Origin: the human T2T-CHM13v2.0 reference genome, Homo sapiens
Direction: 5' to 3' (one strand)
NCBI RefSeq assembly: GCF_009914755.1
Contig: NC_060926.1
DNA: 64,000 nt
In this document: positions 57,561 through 64,000 of the stretch, in pieces
Layout: every line of letters starts with the position of its first letter
Numbering within the stretch: position 1 is the first letter of the stretch
Notes under the pieces: model-generated
The model's database searches: none
Told to the model about the DNA's origin: nothing
The model's input: the letters and a program-made list of their open reading frames with translations, nothing else
Position numbers and translations under genes: made by a program

Positions 57561-59233
57561 ACATGATAAAATTAATTCTTGGCTGGATTTTTATCACATT
57601 GATTCTTTTCTAAGCACAGACATTTCTCTGACCTTATTTGCAAGGACAGGATCATAGGGCATTCATTCACCCTTAGCAACAATTAATCATGATATGGACT
57701 TTGATATCTGCCATTTAGTGACATATTGAAATTATCTAGTGGATACTAGTGTTAACTCTGGCCTTCTTCAGGAATCTGTAAAGAATTATAACTAAGAATC
57801 TACCAATATAATTCTCAATTTGTTAATACTTCTGATAAAGTTTACTGATAAAACTAAAATGTATTGGCTCTTGTCTATAAATCCAGTACCTATGTCAATT
57901 GTGAGATTATTCACATATATGATCACTATACAGAAGTTTATAGTAATGGCTGGCTTTAATCAACCCTCAAATTATTTCAAATTATGAAACATTTAAAATA
58001 TACAAAAAGCACAGAAATTTAATATAACAGACACCTACTCACCATAATTCCTAAAAGATAATAATATTTTGCTTTTTTTTGCCTTCAGCTGTGTCTCTGT
58101 CTTTTTGCCAGTTTCTTCATAACACAAATGAAATAAAACAATAAAGATACAGCCAAAGTTCCCTTTTGTATCCCTGTCTCCTATTCCTTCAAGTTTTCTT
58201 CCTTCCAGAGGAAACCAGTATCTTGAAGTTGGTAAATTGGCATTCTAAATCTCCCATATTAAATTTTTTTCTATACATGTATGAGTATGCATGCATAAAT
58301 AATATATACTATTGTTTGTTTAACATCTACGCAAATCAATACAATTGTGTGTATCCTTTTGCAACTTGTTATTTTATTTTAAAGCTATGTTTCCCTGATT
58401 TTTAGATACACATAGATTCAGTTCATTCATTTTAACCGCAGAACAGCAGGCCATCATATGACTGAGCCACATGACCCTACTGAGAGGGCTTTTCCTCTTT
58501 TGTGTTCATAGCATTCACTCAACCTTATCTGTAGTTCAGGTCTCTTTTCCTCATAATATTTTTTGTTTGTCTTTCCTTTTCTTGGTAAGTCTTGCTAGAG
58601 ATTTGTCCACTTTATTAGTTTTATCAAAGATAAAACTTTCTTTTATTTTTCTATTTCATGAATTCCTGTTGTACTTTTCAATGTTTATTGCTTCCGTCTT
58701 TATTTTTTGTCAATTTTATGGAAATATAATTTATATACAATAAAATTCACCAATTTTAAGTGTATAATTCAATGACTTTTGGCAAATGTATACAGTAGTA
58801 TGATCACCGATACCATCAAGATACAGAACATTTCTAGCAGCTCAGAAAGTTCGCTTATGCCTTTTTGCAGTTAATTCCCTCCTTTCTCTCCCTGAGCCCT
58901 GGCAACTACAAATCTGCTTTCTGTTATTATAGCTTTGCTTTTTCTGAGACTTCATATAAACATAAATGAACAGTATTTTGTCTTTTGTGTATGGTTGCTT
59001 CAATTAGGATAATGCTTTTGAGTTATATCCATGTTGTTACATGTATCTGTAGTTTGGGTTTTTTTTTTTTTTTAAGTGCTAAGTAGTATTCCATTGTCAA
59101 AGTTGACTATTCTGTTCCATGAATCTATTTGTCTCTACATAAATCACTGTGTTGATTGTGTGGCTTTTGAGGATGTCTTGAAATATGGTAGGGCAAATCT
59201 GAACAATTTCGTTCTTTAAAAAAGGCCGATTGT

Positions 59234-59562
<329 letters not shown>

Positions 59563-59731
59563 TTAATTCTGCAGATCAATTTTGGGAGAACTGACATCTT
59601 AACAGCATTAAGCTATCAGATCCATAGCACTGACTATGTCATCATCTATTTAGGTCTTTAAACATTTCCCTTAGAAACATTTTATAATTTTCAGTGTACA
59701 GGTATTGTATATATTTTCTCTAAGTATTTCA

Positions 59732-60028
59732 TTTTTTTTTCTTTCTTTCTTTTCTTGAGATGGAGTCTTGCTCTGTCACCCAGGTTGGAGTGCAGTGGCA
59801 TGATCTCGGCTCACTGCAACCTCCTCTCCTCAGTTCAAGACATTCTCCTGCCTCAGCCTCCTGAGTAGCTGGGTGAGTGCCACCACGCCAGTTAATTTTT
59901 GTATTTTTAGCAGAGATAGGATTTCATCATGTTGGCCAGGCTGGTCTCAAACTCCTGACCACAAACGATCTGACCACCTTGGCCTCCCAAAGTGCTGGAA
60001 TTACAGGCGTGAGGCACCACGCCTGGCC
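59732..60028 (-). mobile_element. AluS
   Basis: Antisense two-arm Alu with a T-rich tail. Confidence 0.94.
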
Positions 60029-60942
60029 TGTATTTATGATGATATTATAGATAATTTTTAAAATTTGTGTTTCCAGTTGTTCAATGCTAACATGTATTGT
60101 TTGTCCAGTTGTTCGATGCTAACATGTAGAACTGATTTTTAAAATGTTGATTTTGTATCTTATTACCTGCTAAACTTGCTTAAAAATTCTAATAGTTCTG
60201 TGAATTCCTTAGGATTTTCTACATACAGGACCAAGTCATCTGTGAATAAAGGCAGCAGTACTTTTCCAATCTAGATGCATTTATTTGTTTTCCTTGATCT
60301 ATTACACTGGTTAGAACCTTCAGTACAGTGATGAATAAAAGTGGTAAGAGTGAATATTTCTGCCTTGTTTTCTGATCTTATGAGGAAAACATTCAGGCTT
60401 TTAAGTGTGATATTAGCTATAGGAGTTTTTAAGTCAAGGTGAAATTCCCTTCTAGGTAGTTCCTAGGTAGTTTGGAGTTTACATCATGAAAGGAAGATGA
60501 AGACTGTCAAATGGAGTTTCTGCCTTTATTAAGATGATTATATAACTTTCCTGTTCTTATTTCCTAAATTGATGACATATATTGACAGATTTTTAAATGT
60601 TAAGCCAACCTGCATTCCTAAATGTCACATGACATTTTCTTTCTATATTTCTGGACTTGCTAATATTCTGTTAAGGAATTTTATGTTCATGTTTGTGAAG
60701 GGTACTGGTTTGTAAGTTTCCTTTCCTTTTACGGCTTTGCCTAGTTTTGGTATCAGGGTAAGGTTTGCCTCATAAAACAAGTTGTGAAGATCTTTCTTTT
60801 CTATTTTTTGAAAGATTTTGCAAAGGATTGGTATGATTTCTTACTTAAATGTTTGGTATCATCCACCAGTGCAAACATCCGGGCTTAGAATGTCCTTTGT
60901 CCTTCACTCATGTCAGGTGAATGAGTAAGGAACAAAGCCAAC

Positions 60943-61745
60943 CCCACAGTATATAAGTATTCCTTTTTCTCCACAACCTTGCCAGTATCTGTTATTTTTT
61001 GACTTTTTAATAATAGCTATTCTGACTGATATGAGATGGTATCTCATTATGGTTTTGATTTGCATTTCTCTAATGATCAATGATGTTAAGCACTTTTCTC
61101 ACGTGCTTGTTGGCCACATTGTTGTCTTTTTTTTTTTTTTTTGACGGTGTCTCGCTCTGTCGCCCAGGCTGGAGTGCAGTGGTGTGATCTCAGCTCACTG
61201 CAAGCTCTGCCTTCCAGTTTCATGCCATTCTCCTGCCTCAGCTGGGACTGCAGGTGCCCGCCACCACGCCTGGCTAATTTTTTGTATTTTTAGTAGGGGC
61301 GGGGTTTCACCGTGTTAGCCAGGATGGTTTCGATCTGACCTCGTGATCCGCCTGCCTTGGCCTCCCAAAGTGCTGGGATTACAGGCGTGAGTCACCGCGC
61401 CTGGTGGGCCACATGTATGTCTTCTTTTGACAAGCATCTGTTCATGTCCTTTGCCTACTTTTAATGGGGTTGCTTTTTTTTTTTAAATTTGTTTAAGTCC
61501 CTTGTAGATGCTAAATATTAGACCTTTGTTGGATGCATAGTTTGCAAAAATTTTCTCCCATTCTGTTGGTTGTCTGTTTACTCAGTTGATGGTTTCTTTG
61601 GCTGTGCAGAAGTTCTTTAGTTTAATTAGATCCTATTTGTCAATTTTTGCTTTTGTTGCAATTGCTTTTGGCATCTTTGTCATGAAATCTTTGCCCATGC
61701 CTATGTCCTGAATGGTATTGCCTAAGTTGTCTTGCAGGGTTTTTT
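60943..61745 (-). mobile_element. Younger L1P (PA13-16/PB-like) internal ORF2 fragment lacking 3' UTR and tail
   Basis: Low-divergence antisense ORF2 (gagatggtatctcattatggttttgatttgcatttc; cctatgtcctgaatggtattgcct) embedded in older L1M. Confidence 0.8.
61127..61406 (-). mobile_element. AluY-like with small deletions
   Basis: caagctctgcc, catgccattc and ccgtgttagccaggatgg diagnostics. TSD ggccacat..tgtctt at 61112 and 61407. Confidence 0.93.
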
Positions 61746-64000
61746 CAATAAGCCAGATTTTGGGTTCTTTTATTTTTCACTATTGTTTCTTTTCTATTTT
61801 ATTTATTTTTTGCTTGATTTTTATTATTTTTCTTTATTCTTATCAATGTTTAATTTACTCTCAAAGTGTTTTAATGTAAAAGTTTATAACATTATTATGA
61901 GAGCACTTAATAATATAAATTTCCCTCAAAGCACTACTTTCTATATATTGCATGAATTTTTATACACTGCCTTTTAATTTCCATTTAGTTCAATATATTT
62001 TCTATTTCCCTTGTGATTTCTTCTTTTACCCTTAGTTATTTAGAAGTGTATGTTTAATTTTCAAATACTTTGAGTTTCTCTAGATATCTGTTTGTTACTG
62101 ATTTCTAATTTAACTATTGTGTTCATAGCACATACTTTGTATGACTTGAATTCTTTTACATCTATATGGACTGGTTTTATGGTTAAGAATATGATTTATT
62201 TTGGCACATGTTTTGTGTGCAATTATAAAGATTGTTAGGTGGGATTTTTATTAAATGTCGATTTCAAGTTAATTGAAAATATTGGTCAAGTCTTTATACC
62301 TTTACTGATTTTCTTTTTACTTGGTCTACATTTAAAATCTTTAACTATAATTGTGAAATTTTCCATTTCTCTTTTCAGTTTTAACACTTTTTTGCTTCAG
62401 ATGTTTAGGATCTGTTATTATTTGCATATACATAGAAGACTATTATGTCTTCTTAATGAATGAAACTTATATCATTATATATTTACATTGTTTCACTCTG
62501 GTAATATTCCTTGCACTGAAATCTGGTTCATTTGATATTACTATGACCACTGAAAGTTTCTTTGGATTGTATGGGCATGGAATTTATTTTTCTCTCATTT
62601 TATTTCTAACCTGTCTATGTATTTATATTTAAAGTGGGTTTCTTTTGGACAACATACAATAGATTCTTGCTTTTTAATCCAATCTGACAAACTGTGTCTT
62701 TAACTGGACTATTTATACCACTTATATTTAATGTGATTAATATTATTAATATGGTTAGGTTTTTATCTACCATCTGCTATTTGTTTCTTATGTTCTACAT
62801 CTTTTCCCTCTTCCCCATTTTCTTGCCTTCTTTTGGTTAAGCTGATTTTTTTTATAATTTCATTTTTATCTCCAGTCTTGGATATATATTAGATTTTTCT
62901 CTAGGGTTTACAATTACATTATGAACAATTTACAGTTGGACACTTAATCAAAATGTACCACTTTCCATAGAGTGTAAGAATTTTAAAGCAGTATACTTTC
63001 ATTTTTCCTCTTCTATCCTTTGGCTCTTGCTATTGTAAAACTTACCGCTAATACAGTATACATTCAACAAACTTTTGGTTTGGTTTTAAACAATTACTTC
63101 TTAAAGGTTTTTTTAATGAGAAAAATATTTAATGGTTATTTTACATATTAATAATTTTCAAATGTCTTCTTTCTTTGTGTATATCCACATTTCCATTTGG
63201 CGTCATTTAATTTCTGCCTGAAGAACTACCCTTAGTATTTCTTGTAGTGGGAAAAAATTAAAATTCTTTCTGGATGATGAATTTTCTCAGCATTTGTCTG
63301 TCTATGAAAGTCTTTATTTAGCTATCATTTTTGAAAGACAGATATTTTTTGCTTTGTATGGAACTCTTGGTTGCCAGTTTTTTCTTTCAGTGTTTTAAAG
63401 ATGTCACAGCATTGTCTTAAAGTCTGTCTGGTTTCTGATGAGAAGTTGCTTTCATTCTTTCCTTTGTTCCGCTGTACATGTAACACTCCACCCCCGATTC
63501 TGGCTTCTTTTAAGGTTTTATCTTTATCATTGTTTTTCACCAATTTGATTGTGATGTGTCTTGGTGTAATTTTCTTCATGTGTCCTGCTTAGATTTCAAT
63601 GAGATTTCCGGATCTGAAGTTTTATAGTTTTCATCAAGTTTTTAAAGTTTCAGACATTATTTCTTCAAATGCTTTTGTTTCCTTCATCTTTGACATTGTC
63701 CTGCAGCTCACCAATATTCCTTCCTGTTTGTTTTCCCATTGTTTTCACTCTTTCATTTTGGATAGTTTTTCTTGCTATGCCCTCAAAGTAAATTAATCTT
63801 TGGTTCTGCAGTGTCTAATATGCTAATTATTTTTAGAATATTTTTCATTTCATATCCTGTATTTTCACTCCTAAAATTCAAGTTGAGTCTTACTTATATC
63901 TTCCTTGTGTTCATGTTTTTCTCTGTCTTCTTAAAGTGTGGAGTTGATTTTGCTGTTCTAACATTCTTATTTGTTAAATTTATAATCTCTGCCATTTCTG

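Overview
AT-rich primate (human-like) genomic DNA, apparently intronic or intergenic. I find no credible protein-coding exon, RNA gene, CpG island or CRISPR array, and the ORF track is explained by repeats or chance. Roughly half the window is transposable elements: about 15 Alus or Alu fragments, many L1s (L1PA to L1M, nearly all on the minus strand), L2 and MIR relics, MaLR LTRs (THE1, MLT1, including a two-LTR MLT1A provirus), ERV1 LTRs (MER65-like, LTR12/HERV9, LTR27/28-like) and hAT-Charlie DNA elements (MER1B, MER3, MER20, MER5, MER119-like). Subfamily names come from recalled consensus sequences, not a search. I do not see a new multi-gene system. The best observations are retrotransposition fossils. 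(1) A twin-primed L1PA7-like insertion whose 17-bp TSD also encloses an older Alu monomer, which suggests 3' transduction. (2) A second, older candidate 3' transduction inside an MLT1 LTR. (3) An 827-bp HERV9 env-TM/LTR12-U5 chimera between 4-bp direct repeats inside a MER20 that was hit twice. (4) An internally deleted L1MC that keeps both ends. Also noted: a ~300-bp dispersed local duplication, a four-block pentanucleotide array, strong L1 strand bias implying + strand host transcription, and several repeat-free candidate enhancers.
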